The translations under genes and the position numbers were made by a program. The notes beneath the pieces were generated by a model. The model had not been told where the DNA came from, made no database searches, and saw only the letters and a program-made list of their open reading frames with translations. A stretch of DNA of 64,000 nt. Origin: an uncultured Candidatus Saccharibacteria bacterium (GTDB taxonomy: Bacteria; Patescibacteriota; Saccharimonadia; CAILAD01; BJGX01). The first letter of the stretch is position 1. Each line of letters opens with the position of its first letter. The stretch lies in NCBI GenBank assembly GCA_964481235.1, contig CAYZYH010000001.1, positions 25,372 through 89,371 of the forward strand. Direction: 5' to 3'. Shown here piece after piece: positions 1-10,480 of the stretch.

Positions 1-1452
1 AACATCCTTGATAGCTGGTTGATCGCATAAAAAAGACACAAAGCGATCTATTCCCATTCCCCAGCCGGCGGTTGGTGGCATGCCTATTTCTAGAGCCCTG
101 ATGTAGTCGTAGTCAATTGGATGCGCTTCTTCGCTTTCACCTTTATCTAGTACGGTTTGTTCGGCCTGCATTCTTTCTAGTTGATCAAGAGGGTCATTAA
201 GCTCGTTGTATGCTTTAATTAACTCAAACCCCGAACAAACTAACTGCATACTTGCAATATTGCTACTATTCTCTTCTTTGCGCTTAGCTAAAGGTATCAT
301 TTCGGCTGGATAATCTGTCAGAAACAGTGGTTGAATGATATTTATTCTACAGGTTGCTTTATAGAACTCGTCAATTAAATCTTTTTTTGGTGGGTTATTG
401 CTTAGATCTATCTTTAATTTGCGTGACTTAATCTCGTTTATAAGCTCATCTCTAGATACACTATCAATATCAACTTTGGTTTCACGCTTTATTAGATCGC
501 GTAATGTAATACGCTCGTATGGCGGTGTGAAGTCTAGCTCGTTACCCTGATAGGATATCTTTAGTTGACCGTGGGTAGCCATTAATACTGCACTAATCAT
601 CTCCTCAGTAAACACCATTAAATCTTGGTAATTAGCGTATGCCCAATAGAACTCAAGCATAGTAAATTCAGGATTGTGTGATCGATCAATACCTTCATTA
701 CGAAAGTCTCTGGCAAACTCAAACACACGTTCAAAACCAGCAACAACAGCTCTTTTGAGGTATAGTTCGTTACTTATACGGAGATACAGATCGGACTCAA
801 GTTTGTGGTGATAGGTCGTAAATGGTCGCGCACTTGCACCACCATAGAGTGGCTGAAGTATTGGCGTTTCTATTTCAATAAAACCACGACCAATCATAAA
901 CTGACGTAATGTTTCGGTAACTTTTGAGCGCAACTCAATGTGTTTTTTTACTTCTGGGTTAATATGTAAATCTATATATCTCTGCCGATAACGCTTTTCA
1001 ACATCTTTAAAGCCATCGTGTATATCGGGTAGTGGTCGCAAACTTTTTGTTAGTAAAGTGAGAGCAGTGGTAAATATACTAATTTCACCCCTCTGTGTTT
1101 TATTTAGTGTGCCGTCTACTTGAACAAAATCGCCAGTATCAAGTAGTCGCAATTGTTTGAAATCTAATTGGTTCTGGGTATTGTCGGCACTAAATGTTTT
1201 TTTATTTATTACAGATTGAATTTTGCCAGACTCATCAGCTACATCAATAAAACACATTCCTCCCATCAGACGTATACTACTAATACGCCCAACAGACCTT
1301 ACACTACTACCTTCTTTTGTTGCAAAATCTTCTATGAGAGTTCTATTTGTGTCACTCCTATCACCCATCTGTGGATAGGGGTTAATACCCGCCAAGCGCA
1401 ACTCAGTAAGTTTTCTTAATCTTTCATCTCTTAGTTCTTTTATATTTGCCAT
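1..1452 (-). CDS. lysS: lysyl-tRNA synthetase, class II (partial; C-terminus runs off the window start)
   Basis: Reverse-complement from ATG at 1452 reads MANIKELRDERLRKLTELRLAGINPYP... followed by the class II core (FIEIETPILQ, FRNEGID..HNPEFTMLEFY). The frame stays open to position 1. Not in the ORF track because it is truncated. Confidence 0.85.
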   Translation of the reverse strand, partial: MANIKELRDERLRKLTELRLAGINPYPQMGDRSDTNRTLIEDFATKEGSSVRSVGRISSIRLMGGMCFIDVADESGKIQSVINKKTFSADNTQNQLDFKQLRLLDTGDFVQVDGTLNKTQRGEISIFTTALTLLTKSLRPLPDIHDGFKDVEKRYRQRYIDLHINPEVKKHIELRSKVTETLRQFMIGRGFIEIETPILQPLYGGASARPFTTYHHKLESDLYLRISNELYLKRAVVAGFERVFEFARDFRNEGIDRSHNPEFTMLEFYWAYANYQDLMVFTEEMISAVLMATHGQLKISYQGNELDFTPPYERITLRDLIKRETKVDIDSVSRDELINEIKSRKLKIDLSNNPPKKDLIDEFYKATCRINIIQPLFLTDYPAEMIPLAKRKEENSSNIASMQLVCSGFELIKAYNELNDPLDQLERMQAEQTVLDKGESEEAHPIDYDYIRALEIGMPPTAGWGMGIDRFVSFLCDQPAIKDV

Positions 1453-1484
1453 TGTTTTCTTATTATACTTTTTTATATCTTAGA

Positions 1485-1533
1485 ATACAAAACAAAAAGC
1501 ACTTGCCGACTCCTAGCCATAAAACAAGTGCTT
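1485..1533 (-). terminator. rho-independent terminator downstream of greA
   Basis: Inverted repeat aagcacttg / caagtgctt (1497-1505 / 1525-1533), followed on the minus strand by TTTTGTTTTGT. Confidence 0.5.
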
Positions 1534-1553
1534 ATTTGTAGAAATAATAATCG

Positions 1554-2015
1554 TTATACTACTTTTGTAATCTTGTAGGTTATTGAGCCGGCTGGTACTT
1601 CAACGCTCGCCTTATCGCCAACTTTTTTACCTAGTAGAGCTTTGCCAATAGGTGACTCATCAGAAATCTTACCGCTTTCTGGATCTGCCTCTGTCGAGCC
1701 AACTATATGAAATACTTGTTTGCCATCATCTAGAGTTACATGCACCTGGGAACCTACCGATACTTTGTTACCATCGCTTTTTTTAATTGGTTTAGCGTGT
1801 TTTAAAATATTTTCAATTTCGCTAATTCTGCCTTCTACAAAGGCTTGACGTTCTTTGGCATCGTCCCAACTTGAGTTTTCAGAAAGATCACCAAATTCTT
1901 TGGCTTCTTTAAGGGCTTTTGCTACTTCTTTTCGTTTGTTTTTTACCAGATCTTCTAATTCGGCTTTTAGATCTTTAACACCTTCCGTGGTGAGATAAAA
2001 ATCTTGGTGTGTCAT
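1554..2015 (-). CDS. greA: transcription elongation factor GreA
   Basis: MTHQDFYLTTEGVKDLKAELEDL... coiled-coil N-domain plus C-terminal FKBP-like domain. Start chosen at the internal Met preceded by GGAG (track ORF starts 15 codons earlier). Confidence 0.85.
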   Translation of the reverse strand: MTHQDFYLTTEGVKDLKAELEDLVKNKRKEVAKALKEAKEFGDLSENSSWDDAKERQAFVEGRISEIENILKHAKPIKKSDGNKVSVGSQVHVTLDDGKQVFHIVGSTEADPESGKISDESPIGKALLGKKVGDKASVEVPAGSITYKITKVV

Positions 2016-2224
2016 ATAATTGATTAACTCCTTACTTGATACAAACAGTATAAAGCTCAACTTTCTAAGAAAAATGACCCTCTACTTGTTAATGCCAAGT
2101 GAACAGGTCGATTTATATCAGAACTTAAGCTCTGTTGCTCAATGTATTTTCTCAAATTGCTCTACCAATGTCAAGGCTACTATGGGCTATTTTGGCTAGA
2201 TAAATACGAGGATATTATTATAAG

Positions 2225-4204
2225 TTAACTTCTTGGAACACTAAAATACCACTTTAGTATATTGTTGGCTGCAGGTACCGCAAACTCTGAGCCCTCACCA
2301 GAGTTTTCTACTAGAACTACCAGTGTAATTTTGGGTGCCTCGGCAGGTGCATAGGCTGTAAACCAGGCATGAGGCTTGGTGGTAGGATTTTTGCCATCAA
2401 AACCTTGTGAACTAGTTTCGGCAGTACCTGTCTTGCCCGCTACCTTTACCCCCACTTCCTGTTTAATCTTACAACAAGCCGTACCCGACTCTACTACCCC
2501 CTCCATACCTTGTTGAATTAGCTTTATGTTTGCGGGAGAAGCAATGCTTTGTACCACTACTTCTGGGTCAATTGTACGCACTACTGAGCCAGCTTCAGAC
2601 TTTATTTGAGAAGCAAAGTGTGGCTTGTACAGTGTTCCACCATTAGCAATGGCGCCTGTAGCCATTGCTAATTGCAATGGTGTAGCCCGCATATCACCCT
2701 GTCCAATAGAAATATTGTAAGTATCTCCAACCGACCAAGGCTCAGATGAGTACTTTTTCTTATTATCTGGCGTAGGAACAAATCCAGCCGATTCATCACC
2801 AATATCTGCGCCAGTAACTCGACCAAAGCCAAACTTCTTATACCAATCTGTTAATTTAGTTGGGCCTATACCTTTAACTCCTTCAAAACCACCACCTACA
2901 ACATAGAAAAATATGTCTGAGCTCCAGGTAATAGCCCGAAGTACATTTACAGTACCGAGACCCTCTGGTTTCCAACCCTTATAGGTGTAGACAATTGACG
3001 GGTTGTACTGGTTGGGGACATCAATTTTACCTTTATCTTGTACGGTGGTAACTGTCGAATTTATTACTCCCTCCTGCAAACCAGCAGTAGCAATAAAAGG
3101 CTTTACCGTCGAACCTATTGGATACCCACCAGAGCTCACCCTATTAAATAGAGGTTTCCCAGGATCATTAAGTAGGTTGTCGTATTGTGACTGCGTGATG
3201 CCAGCCGCAAATAAGTTACCATCATAGCTAGGGTAGTTGACCGCTCCCAACACCTGACCATTTCTTGGGTCAATAGCAACTGCTGCACCAGCTTTGCTGC
3301 CAGACGATTCTACGGCTGACTTAACCGATTGAGCCATAACATCTTCAAGCGCTTTATCTACACTTAGTACAAGACTATTACCTGCAATAGGCTCGCTTCT
3401 TGCCAACGCTCTCACTTGTAAGCCAGTTGCATCTACCTCGGTTTGTTCCTTACCATACTTACCTCGCAAATCAGATTCATAGGCTTTTTCTAGACCAGTT
3501 TTACCAATCAAATCAATTGGCCGATAATTGGGGTTTTGCTTGAACTCCTCCGCCGAGATACGACCTATGTAGCCCAAGAAAGGGGCTAAACTACCGCCAT
3601 CTAAATATTCTCTAGTAGGGTTCACGTCTACACCAAACCCATCTAGGTCGGTGTGATGCTCTTCTATATTTAACGCTTGGTCTCTGGTAATATTTTCTAC
3701 CATTACAATCGGCAAACTATAGTTTGAACCCTTTGACTCTGCAGTCTTTTGGATATCTGTAGCTGATTTCTGGGTAAGATCAGCAATTATCTGGTAACTT
3801 GCAAGTCTTTTATTGGGCTCTAAAGGCAGTTGATTGGGAGTAACCACTAAATCAAACCGTGCATTGTTTCTAGCCAAAACAATACCATTACGGTCGTATA
3901 TTGCGCCACGTGGTGCAGCAATGGCAGTTGTTCTTACGCGGTTGCCACTAGCCAACAAACTGTGTTCTTGTCCGGTTATTATTTGCAGATACATTAATCT
4001 CCCGAGTAGTACTGTTACAAACACCGCTGAAAGAACTGCCATTGCATAAAAAATAGGTGAATTAATAGGTTCTTCTAATTGAATTTGTTCTGTACTACCC
4101 GATAGAATTGCCGCCGACCAGTCTTCGGCTTCGCGCATACGGCGTTCTTTTTTCGAAAACTTGTAGCCGTATGCTCGATCATAAAAATCACCAAAGATAT
4201 TCAT
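2225..4204 (-). CDS. mrdA: penicillin-binding protein 2 / peptidoglycan D,D-transpeptidase
   Basis: N-terminal TM, STVKP (SxxK) and KTGTA motifs. Position downstream of mreBCD. ATGA overlap with mreD. Confidence 0.85.
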   Translation of the reverse strand: MNIFGDFYDRAYGYKFSKKERRMREAEDWSAAILSGSTEQIQLEEPINSPIFYAMAVLSAVFVTVLLGRLMYLQIITGQEHSLLASGNRVRTTAIAAPRGAIYDRNGIVLARNNARFDLVVTPNQLPLEPNKRLASYQIIADLTQKSATDIQKTAESKGSNYSLPIVMVENITRDQALNIEEHHTDLDGFGVDVNPTREYLDGGSLAPFLGYIGRISAEEFKQNPNYRPIDLIGKTGLEKAYESDLRGKYGKEQTEVDATGLQVRALARSEPIAGNSLVLSVDKALEDVMAQSVKSAVESSGSKAGAAVAIDPRNGQVLGAVNYPSYDGNLFAAGITQSQYDNLLNDPGKPLFNRVSSGGYPIGSTVKPFIATAGLQEGVINSTVTTVQDKGKIDVPNQYNPSIVYTYKGWKPEGLGTVNVLRAITWSSDIFFYVVGGGFEGVKGIGPTKLTDWYKKFGFGRVTGADIGDESAGFVPTPDNKKKYSSEPWSVGDTYNISIGQGDMRATPLQLAMATGAIANGGTLYKPHFASQIKSEAGSVVRTIDPEVVVQSIASPANIKLIQQGMEGVVESGTACCKIKQEVGVKVAGKTGTAETSSQGFDGKNPTTKPHAWFTAYAPAEAPKITLVVLVENSGEGSEFAVPAANNILKWYFSVPRS

Positions 4205-4206
4205 AT

Positions 4207-4725
4207 CTACCGCCTTAATATTTTAAGTTTGGTTTTTTGAAAAGAAAACCTTAGTTGGTCGATGTAGCCAAAAAGATAGTAGAACACTATCACCCACGCC
4301 AAGCTAAAGACAATTTGTAGTGATACCCTAGTAATATTTGTGCCAATCTCAAGAATATGATCAACGGAAAATATTCCTACAAACTGCAGAAAGTTGTATA
4401 GCAAGGTAATAAGGCCACTAAGTAGCAAGATGGTCGTTAAGCTTTTTTCGCGCTGTCCAAAGCGCATCGCGAGTTTGCAAAAAAGGGCTATTAACAAATA
4501 TAAGACAATGTTATATCCAAAACCAACGCCACTTGATACATCTATTAATACTCCAGAGACAAGCGCGATATATAAAAGTTGTTCGGTAGATACAAAATTG
4601 GCCAACACAACAATAGCTAGCAAGCTAAGTGGAGCAGCAAATACTCCACCGCCAAAACTTTGGCCAATACTTACTTGTAGCGCTATAATTACTAGAACTA
4701 TCAGCCAAGTCACAACCAATTTCAT
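4207..4725 (-). CDS. mreD: rod shape-determining protein MreD (polytopic membrane protein)
   Basis: 172 aa, hydrophobic. Sits between mreC and PBP2. 4-nt overlaps with both neighbours. Confidence 0.65.
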   Translation of the reverse strand: MKLVVTWLIVLVIIALQVSIGQSFGGGVFAAPLSLLAIVVLANFVSTEQLLYIALVSGVLIDVSSGVGFGYNIVLYLLIALFCKLAMRFGQREKSLTTILLLSGLITLLYNFLQFVGIFSVDHILEIGTNITRVSLQIVFSLAWVIVFYYLFGYIDQLRFSFQKTKLKILRR

Positions 4726-5519
4726 TGACGTAATCCCACTACAATAAATACCAGCTCTAGAGAATTTAGGTCTACCAATGGCTTGAGTGTAGCAGATTGA
4801 AAAATGGCATTATCTGCTTTTGTAATAGAGTCTATAGTGCCCACTAATATACCTTGTGGTACCAGGCCAGACCCGGTGGTGACTACTTGCTCGGTCTGAC
4901 TTATTGTCTCACTTTGAGCAACTTTTTCAAAAACATATCCCTGACCTATCTGACCACGCACAATACCTTGGGCTCTGCCATCTTGGGCAACTGCTCGTAT
5001 TCTAAAGTCTGGGTCATTCACCATAAATACTTTAGCGCTGTAATCATTCACCTCTTCGATAGTTCCTACCAAAACACCACTACTTACTACTGCCTGGCCT
5101 TTCTTAAGCCCGCTTGAACTACCTCTATCAATTGTTAGGTATTGCCTAGTATTGTCGGGTTGCACACTCACTACCCTGGCAGGAATTAGATCTAAGTTTA
5201 ATCTTGCATTGAAGTTAAGTTGAGATCGTAATAAGTCATTTTCTCTAGCAACCTCTTTTAAAGAGGCTAGCTGTTGGCGCAGCTCTAACTGTGTGGCATT
5301 CAATTTTTTATTCTCTTTATTTAAATTTGTGATTGAGGCAAGAAAATTATACTGGTCTTTTACGTTGTTACGAGCCTGAATCAACCTAGTTCCAATAGGA
5401 TTTGCAATTTGATCGTACACCAACCTGAACGGCCACGCTTGACCGCTATAGCGCAATACAATAATAAAAACTGCCAACACACTCACGCCTATAATAGGTA
5501 ATAATATCTGTTTTCGCAT
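4722..5519 (-). CDS. mreC: rod shape-determining protein MreC
   Basis: N-terminal TM, coiled-coil segment, then beta-rich C-domain. Immediately downstream of mreB. Confidence 0.8.
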   Translation of the reverse strand: MRKQILLPIIGVSVLAVFIIVLRYSGQAWPFRLVYDQIANPIGTRLIQARNNVKDQYNFLASITNLNKENKKLNATQLELRQQLASLKEVARENDLLRSQLNFNARLNLDLIPARVVSVQPDNTRQYLTIDRGSSSGLKKGQAVVSSGVLVGTIEEVNDYSAKVFMVNDPDFRIRAVAQDGRAQGIVRGQIGQGYVFEKVAQSETISQTEQVVTTGSGLVPQGILVGTIDSITKADNAIFQSATLKPLVDLNSLELVFIVVGLRQ

Positions 5520-5584
5520 AGGTTAACTAATTATATCCCAACTTACTTAGAAACTCCTTAAGCATCACATCGATAAATACAAGG

Positions 5585-6637
5585 CTAGTATGGCACCTTG
5601 GCGTACTGAGTAGTTACCAATACGTCTTTAAGGCTATCTAGATCTTCAAGCACCATGCCCGTACCCCTTACTACCGCAGTTAGAGGGTCATCAGAAATAT
5701 GTACCGGCATTTTGGTTTGACTAGATAACAATACATCGAAGCCCCTTAATAATGCACCACCACCTGCCAAATATATACCTTTATCCATGATGTCAGCCAA
5801 AAGCTCGGGTGGGGTTTCTTCTATGGTGTGTTTTACAGCATCTACAATAGCACGCACGCTTCTAGCCAGTGCCTTGCGAGTTTGGTCAGAGTCGATCTTC
5901 ATCTCTTTAGGTAAACCAGTAATCATATCACGGCCCCGTATTGGTGCATCAAGTACCTTATCTAGCTTAGCAGCCGAGCCAATACTAATTTTAATACTCT
6001 CGGCCGTACGCTCACCTATTTGTAGGCTAAATTCTTCTTTGGCATAGGCAATAATATCTGCAGTTAACTCATCGCCGGCAATTCTAATAGACTTAGAAGA
6101 TACTATACCGCCAAGACTAATTACCGCCACCTCAGATGTACCGCCGCCAATATCAACTATCATACTACCGGCCGCATCGTGCACTGGCAGGTTACTACCT
6201 ACTGCTGCCGCCATTGGCTCTTCAATTAAAAAGGTTTGTCGAGCTCCAGCATTACTTGCAGCATCTTCAACGGCACGTTTTTCAACCTCAGTTACACCCG
6301 ATGGAATACCTATTACAACACGTGGTCGAGGAAACAGCACAAAACTTTCCTTATGTACTTTCTCTATAAAATATTTGAGCATTTGTTCAGTTATCTCAAA
6401 ATCACTCACCACTCCATCAACTAGAGGACGTGTGGCGACAATATTGGCCGGAGTTTTACCCACCATTCGTTTAGCCTCGTCGCCGATTGCCAAGATTTGC
6501 TTATTTTTGGTATTAATTGCTACCACAGAAGGTTCGTTGATCATTATTCCTTGACCCCCCACGTACACCAAAGTATTGGCCGTACCTAGGTCAATACCAA
6601 TATCGTGACTAAATTTTCCTAAAAAAGAATTTATCAT
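5585..6637 (-). CDS. mreB: actin-like rod shape protein MreB
   Basis: IGIDLGTANTLVYV..., DIGGGTSEVAVISLGG..., classic MreB/actin-fold motifs. Confidence 0.9.
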   Translation of the reverse strand: MINSFLGKFSHDIGIDLGTANTLVYVGGQGIMINEPSVVAINTKNKQILAIGDEAKRMVGKTPANIVATRPLVDGVVSDFEITEQMLKYFIEKVHKESFVLFPRPRVVIGIPSGVTEVEKRAVEDAASNAGARQTFLIEEPMAAAVGSNLPVHDAAGSMIVDIGGGTSEVAVISLGGIVSSKSIRIAGDELTADIIAYAKEEFSLQIGERTAESIKISIGSAAKLDKVLDAPIRGRDMITGLPKEMKIDSDQTRKALARSVRAIVDAVKHTIEETPPELLADIMDKGIYLAGGGALLRGFDVLLSSQTKMPVHISDDPLTAVVRGTGMVLEDLDSLKDVLVTTQYAKVPY

Positions 6638-6707
6638 ACAATACTAGTTTACCAAGCAATTCTATCTGTTGCTATACAAACTGGGGTGATTTAGTTAATT
6701 CTCTAAA

Positions 6708-7442
6708 TTATTTAATCAACCCAGCTAGTACTATAAACGCTAAGGCGTTGTTTATCATATGTAGCGCAACTCCCGGGATAATACTTTTTAAGCGAATGTA
6801 AAAAACGCTCAAAACACAGCCAAGTATAAAAGTATAAATAATCACATTGGCTTGACCATGTAAAAATGCAAATAGAGCGCTAGAACCAATTATGCCCGCT
6901 AGCCAACCAAATCGTTTTGTTAAACTAGAGAGTAACAAACCTCTAAAATAGAGTTCTTCAATTATTGGTGCACAAACCACCGTAACAAAAAAGCTTACCC
7001 ACAAGCCAGCCCCAGAACGTCCAAACTCAAAACCTACATCTTGAGCTTGATTAACATCGATACTAGGAAAAAAAACACTTACCAACACAAATGCCACTAC
7101 TACCAGCCCACTAAATACCACTAGGCCTGATAGAACATAAAGAATACCTTTCCAAATAGTAAATTTTCTTAAGCCCAGGTCAGATAATTTGGCTTTGTAT
7201 TTTCGTAGTAACCAATACAACAGCCCTACTTCTATCAATAAAGATATTACAGTAAAGATAGTATCCATTACCAAATCGTTATTACGAATAGTTTGTCTTA
7301 TTGATTCAGGAAAAACCCCAAAATGCGAAAGCCCAATAATAATTAAAAAAAGTGCAAAAGGAATAGCAATTGAAAATACTATTACTTTTAAGACATCTCG
7401 AAGACTCCATGGAACCTTAGCAATTGTAATATCTTTGCGCAA
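6708..7442 (-). CDS. CPBP family intramembrane metalloprotease (CAAX protease / Abi-type)
   Basis: Multi-TM protein with EELYFRG and FAFLHG motifs typical of the CPBP family. Confidence 0.7.
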   Translation of the reverse strand: MRKDITIAKVPWSLRDVLKVIVFSIAIPFALFLIIIGLSHFGVFPESIRQTIRNNDLVMDTIFTVISLLIEVGLLYWLLRKYKAKLSDLGLRKFTIWKGILYVLSGLVVFSGLVVVAFVLVSVFFPSIDVNQAQDVGFEFGRSGAGLWVSFFVTVVCAPIIEELYFRGLLLSSLTKRFGWLAGIIGSSALFAFLHGQANVIIYTFILGCVLSVFYIRLKSIIPGVALHMINNALAFIVLAGLIK

Positions 7443-7454
7443 AACTACCTTTAC

Positions 7455-8537
7455 CTATCGAAGCCTAGCAATATCGCTAATACTAATCACTACCATAAGA
7501 ATTAATAACCCCACAAAACCAGCAATATGTATTATATTCTCTCGCTCTGGAGTAATACGTATACCAATCTTTTGTAATATCAGTACAAACTGACGACCTC
7601 CGTCTAAGGCCGGTAATGGCAGGGCATTTATAACCGCTAAGCTAAGTGATATTGATGCTGTAAAAAGTATTATATAGCGAAATCCAAAGTTCATTATTTG
7701 GGAGAATATTGATACCGCCCCTATTGGACCAGACACCTGCTCACTTACTTTGCCAGCTGAAAACAGGCCTACAATAAGGCTACCAAATGCCGCTAGTGTT
7801 GCCCAAATAAATTGAAACATCATTACAAGTGCGGCGATTGGTGCAGTCCACCAACTGTAATAACTTAGCGACATTTGGTCGGCCGTAATACCTAAAATGC
7901 CATTTTTTTCATCATTACCTAGCACAACGGTTTTTTCAGTGACGCTACCCGACTTATTGACTTTTATTACTACGCTTTGGCCTGCATGCGCTTTTGTATA
8001 CTGCCTTAACCCCTCGTTGCTGGTAATCTGGGTATTGTCGATAGTAACAAGCCCATCACCTTGAGATAAGCCAGCCTTTGCAGCTGCACTATCTGGTGAG
8101 ACCGTTAAAATAGTTAACTCATTACTACTAGTTTGTTTGGGTTTTATGGGGCCAAAGTCTGGTAATGGTTGTCCCAGAGGTGGCATACCTACAATTAGCA
8201 AGAAGGTAAACAAGATATACGCTATTAAGAAATTCACCACTACCCCGGCCATAATAACTCGAGTTTTGGGCCAAAAACTCAGGCTAACAAAACTACCTTT
8301 ACCTTTCACCGATCCATCTTCGCCACGCAACCTTACAAATCCGCCAACTGGTAAAGCATTAATGCTATAAATTGTATTACCACGTTTTCTTCCATACATT
8401 CTCGGTGGAAACCCCACTCCAAACTCATCTACTATTACACCCTCACGTCTTGCCGACAAAAAGTGTCCAAGTTCGTGCGCAACTACTAAAATAGTAAATA
8501 GTATTAGTACACCAAGAATACTTATTGCAAGTATCAT
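7455..8537 (-). CDS. rseP: RIP metalloprotease RseP (site-2 protease, M50) with PDZ domain
   Basis: HELGHF zinc motif in TM1, central PDZ-like segment, C-terminal LDGG motif. Confidence 0.85.
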   Translation of the reverse strand: MILAISILGVLILFTILVVAHELGHFLSARREGVIVDEFGVGFPPRMYGRKRGNTIYSINALPVGGFVRLRGEDGSVKGKGSFVSLSFWPKTRVIMAGVVVNFLIAYILFTFLLIVGMPPLGQPLPDFGPIKPKQTSSNELTILTVSPDSAAAKAGLSQGDGLVTIDNTQITSNEGLRQYTKAHAGQSVVIKVNKSGSVTEKTVVLGNDEKNGILGITADQMSLSYYSWWTAPIAALVMMFQFIWATLAAFGSLIVGLFSAGKVSEQVSGPIGAVSIFSQIMNFGFRYIILFTASISLSLAVINALPLPALDGGRQFVLILQKIGIRITPERENIIHIAGFVGLLILMVVISISDIARLR

Positions 8538-9247
8538 TACCTACCAAACCTCCTCTTTCTTTCATTAAACTCAAGTAATATTTTATCTAGATCATTCTCA
8601 TTAAAATCTGGCCAAAATTTATCGACAAATTTCAGTTCAGAATAAGCACTATCCCAAAGTAAAAAGTTACTTAGCCGTTGCTCACCACTAGTACGCACTA
8701 TAAGATCGGGTGCTGGAACACCAGCGGTATATAAATGCTCTTTAACTGTTTCTTCTGTAACGTTTTCGGGCTTAATATTTTCCTGAATAATTTCACGGAC
8801 TGCTAACACTAGTTCTTCTTGCCCGCCATAGTTAAAACATGCCATAAATGTACCAGCAGTATTGTTTTTTGTTAGTTCCTCGGCTTGCTCAATAGCAGTA
8901 ACCACTTTTTTATCTAATTTATTACGCGAGCCAATAATACGCAGACGAACGTTCTTTTCGTTTAACTCTTTAGCGTCTTTAAGCACAACTTTAAGAGTAA
9001 GTTTCATTAGATAGCCAACCTCTTCGCTACTTCTTTGCCAGTTCTCAGTTGAGAACAAATAACAACTAAAGTAGGGGATGTTTTTATCAAAACAGGCCTG
9101 GGCAATATTTTTTAGGTTTTTATAACCAACAAGATGACCCTCAAAGGTACGCATACCGTGCTGTTTGGCCCAACGACGATTACCGTCTAGTATAAAGCCA
9201 ATATGTCGAATTTGCTGGGTAGATTCTTTCATAAATGTTTTTGCCAA
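8537..9247 (-). CDS. uppS: undecaprenyl diphosphate synthase (isoprenyl transferase)
   Basis: HIGFILDGNRRWAKQ, and a C-terminal cis-prenyltransferase motif (RTSGEQRLSNFLLWDS). Confidence 0.9.
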   Translation of the reverse strand: MAKTFMKESTQQIRHIGFILDGNRRWAKQHGMRTFEGHLVGYKNLKNIAQACFDKNIPYFSCYLFSTENWQRSSEEVGYLMKLTLKVVLKDAKELNEKNVRLRIIGSRNKLDKKVVTAIEQAEELTKNNTAGTFMACFNYGGQEELVLAVREIIQENIKPENVTEETVKEHLYTAGVPAPDLIVRTSGEQRLSNFLLWDSAYSELKFVDKFWPDFNENDLDKILLEFNERKRRFGR

Positions 9248-9257
9248 CTTGTTTTAT

Positions 9258-9818
9258 TTAAGTTTGCATTAATTCAGATTCTTTTGCGCCTACTATATTA
9301 GTAATTTGTTTTTGGTAGTTTTCTATTAGACTAGTAACATCTTTTTCTAACTTAGTAAGATCGTCGCGTGAAAGATCTTTGCTTTTTTCTGCAGATTTTG
9401 CATCGTTAATGGCTTCGTGACGAGCGTTTCTTAGCGAAATACTAGCTTGCTCAGCTTTTTCGTGTATCAGCTTAACCATCTGTGAACGAGTTTCTTCGCT
9501 CATAGGTGGCACATTTAAACGAATAACGTGACCATCATTATTGGGGGTTAGACCCAAACTTTGCTTTTCAGAAATAGCCTTTTCTATAGCTGCTAAATTG
9601 CTACTATCCCATGGTTGTATCTGAATAGTTTTGGCATCTGGCGTAGAAATGGTAGCAAGTGCCTTGAGTGGAGTTTCTGCTCCGTATACACTCACCTTGA
9701 TAGAATCTACTAAGCCTCCATTTGCTCGACCCGATCGAATACCTGCTAGTTCACTGTTGAGGTGTTCTAAGCCAGCTTTCATTTTTTCTTCACAAGTTTT
9801 GATAATTTGTTGTTGCAT
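9258..9818 (-). CDS. frr: ribosome recycling factor
   Basis: 186 aa, canonical RRF sequence (VSVYG..TPL, ISTPD..TI.IQPWD). Confidence 0.9.
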   Translation of the reverse strand: MQQQIIKTCEEKMKAGLEHLNSELAGIRSGRANGGLVDSIKVSVYGAETPLKALATISTPDAKTIQIQPWDSSNLAAIEKAISEKQSLGLTPNNDGHVIRLNVPPMSEETRSQMVKLIHEKAEQASISLRNARHEAINDAKSAEKSKDLSRDDLTKLEKDVTSLIENYQKQITNIVGAKESELMQT

Positions 9819-9882
9819 AATACCTTTATTATATCTTAACTATATTGCTTTAAACAACTTTAGTGATTAGATAAGTAAGATA

Positions 9883-10479
9883 CTACTCTACACCAAGTTC
9901 TAGGCGAGAAAAACGCTTAATTACGATGTTTTCGCCAAGTTTACCAATGAGTTCTTTAGTGAGTTGTTCAATAGTTTTACTGTCGTCTTTAATAAATGGC
10001 TGATCTAGCAAACATACTTGCTCGTACCATTTCTTAAGTTTGCCTTCTACCATTTTGTCGGCAAACTCGGCTGGCTTACCACTAGCCAACACCTCTTTTT
10101 TAATTGTGTCGGTTTCTTTTTTTAACTCTCTTGGGTCAACGGTTGCGCTAGACAAATAGGTAGGGTTAGTAGCAGCAATGTGCATAGCTACATCACGAGC
10201 AAAATTTTTGAAGTCTTCGGTGCGAGCCACAAAGTCGGTTTCACAATTTATTTCTACTAATACACCTATTTTTTCACCGTGCACATAGCTCTCTATTACA
10301 CCATTGCCAGCCACTCTATCGGCTTTTTTACCTGCCTTGGCAATGCCTTTTAGGCGCATTAGCTCTACAGCTTTATCAAAATCACCTTTAGACTCGGTAA
10401 GTGCAGCTTTGGCGTCCATCATACCTGCGCCTGTTACGTCACGTAGCTTTTTTATGTTTTCTATTGTAATATCGGCCAT
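9883..10479 (-). CDS. tsf: translation elongation factor Ts
   Basis: MADITIENIKKLRDVTGAGMMDAKAAL... The start sits after the RBS GAGGGAG that overlaps the rpsB stop. The track ORF is N-extended. Confidence 0.85.
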   Translation of the reverse strand: MADITIENIKKLRDVTGAGMMDAKAALTESKGDFDKAVELMRLKGIAKAGKKADRVAGNGVIESYVHGEKIGVLVEINCETDFVARTEDFKNFARDVAMHIAATNPTYLSSATVDPRELKKETDTIKKEVLASGKPAEFADKMVEGKLKKWYEQVCLLDQPFIKDDSKTIEQLTKELIGKLGENIVIKRFSRLELGVE

Positions 10480-10480
10480 T

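Noticed and set aside
1168-1419. 83-aa plus-strand ORF in the ORF track
   Set aside because: Lies entirely antisense within the clearly coding lysS frame; a shadow ORF.
3003-4747. Several 70-117-aa plus-strand ORFs (3003..3227, 3834..4049, 4394..4747)
   Set aside because: Antisense to the PBP2/mreD coding frames, which carry unambiguous motifs. No RBS or promoter support.
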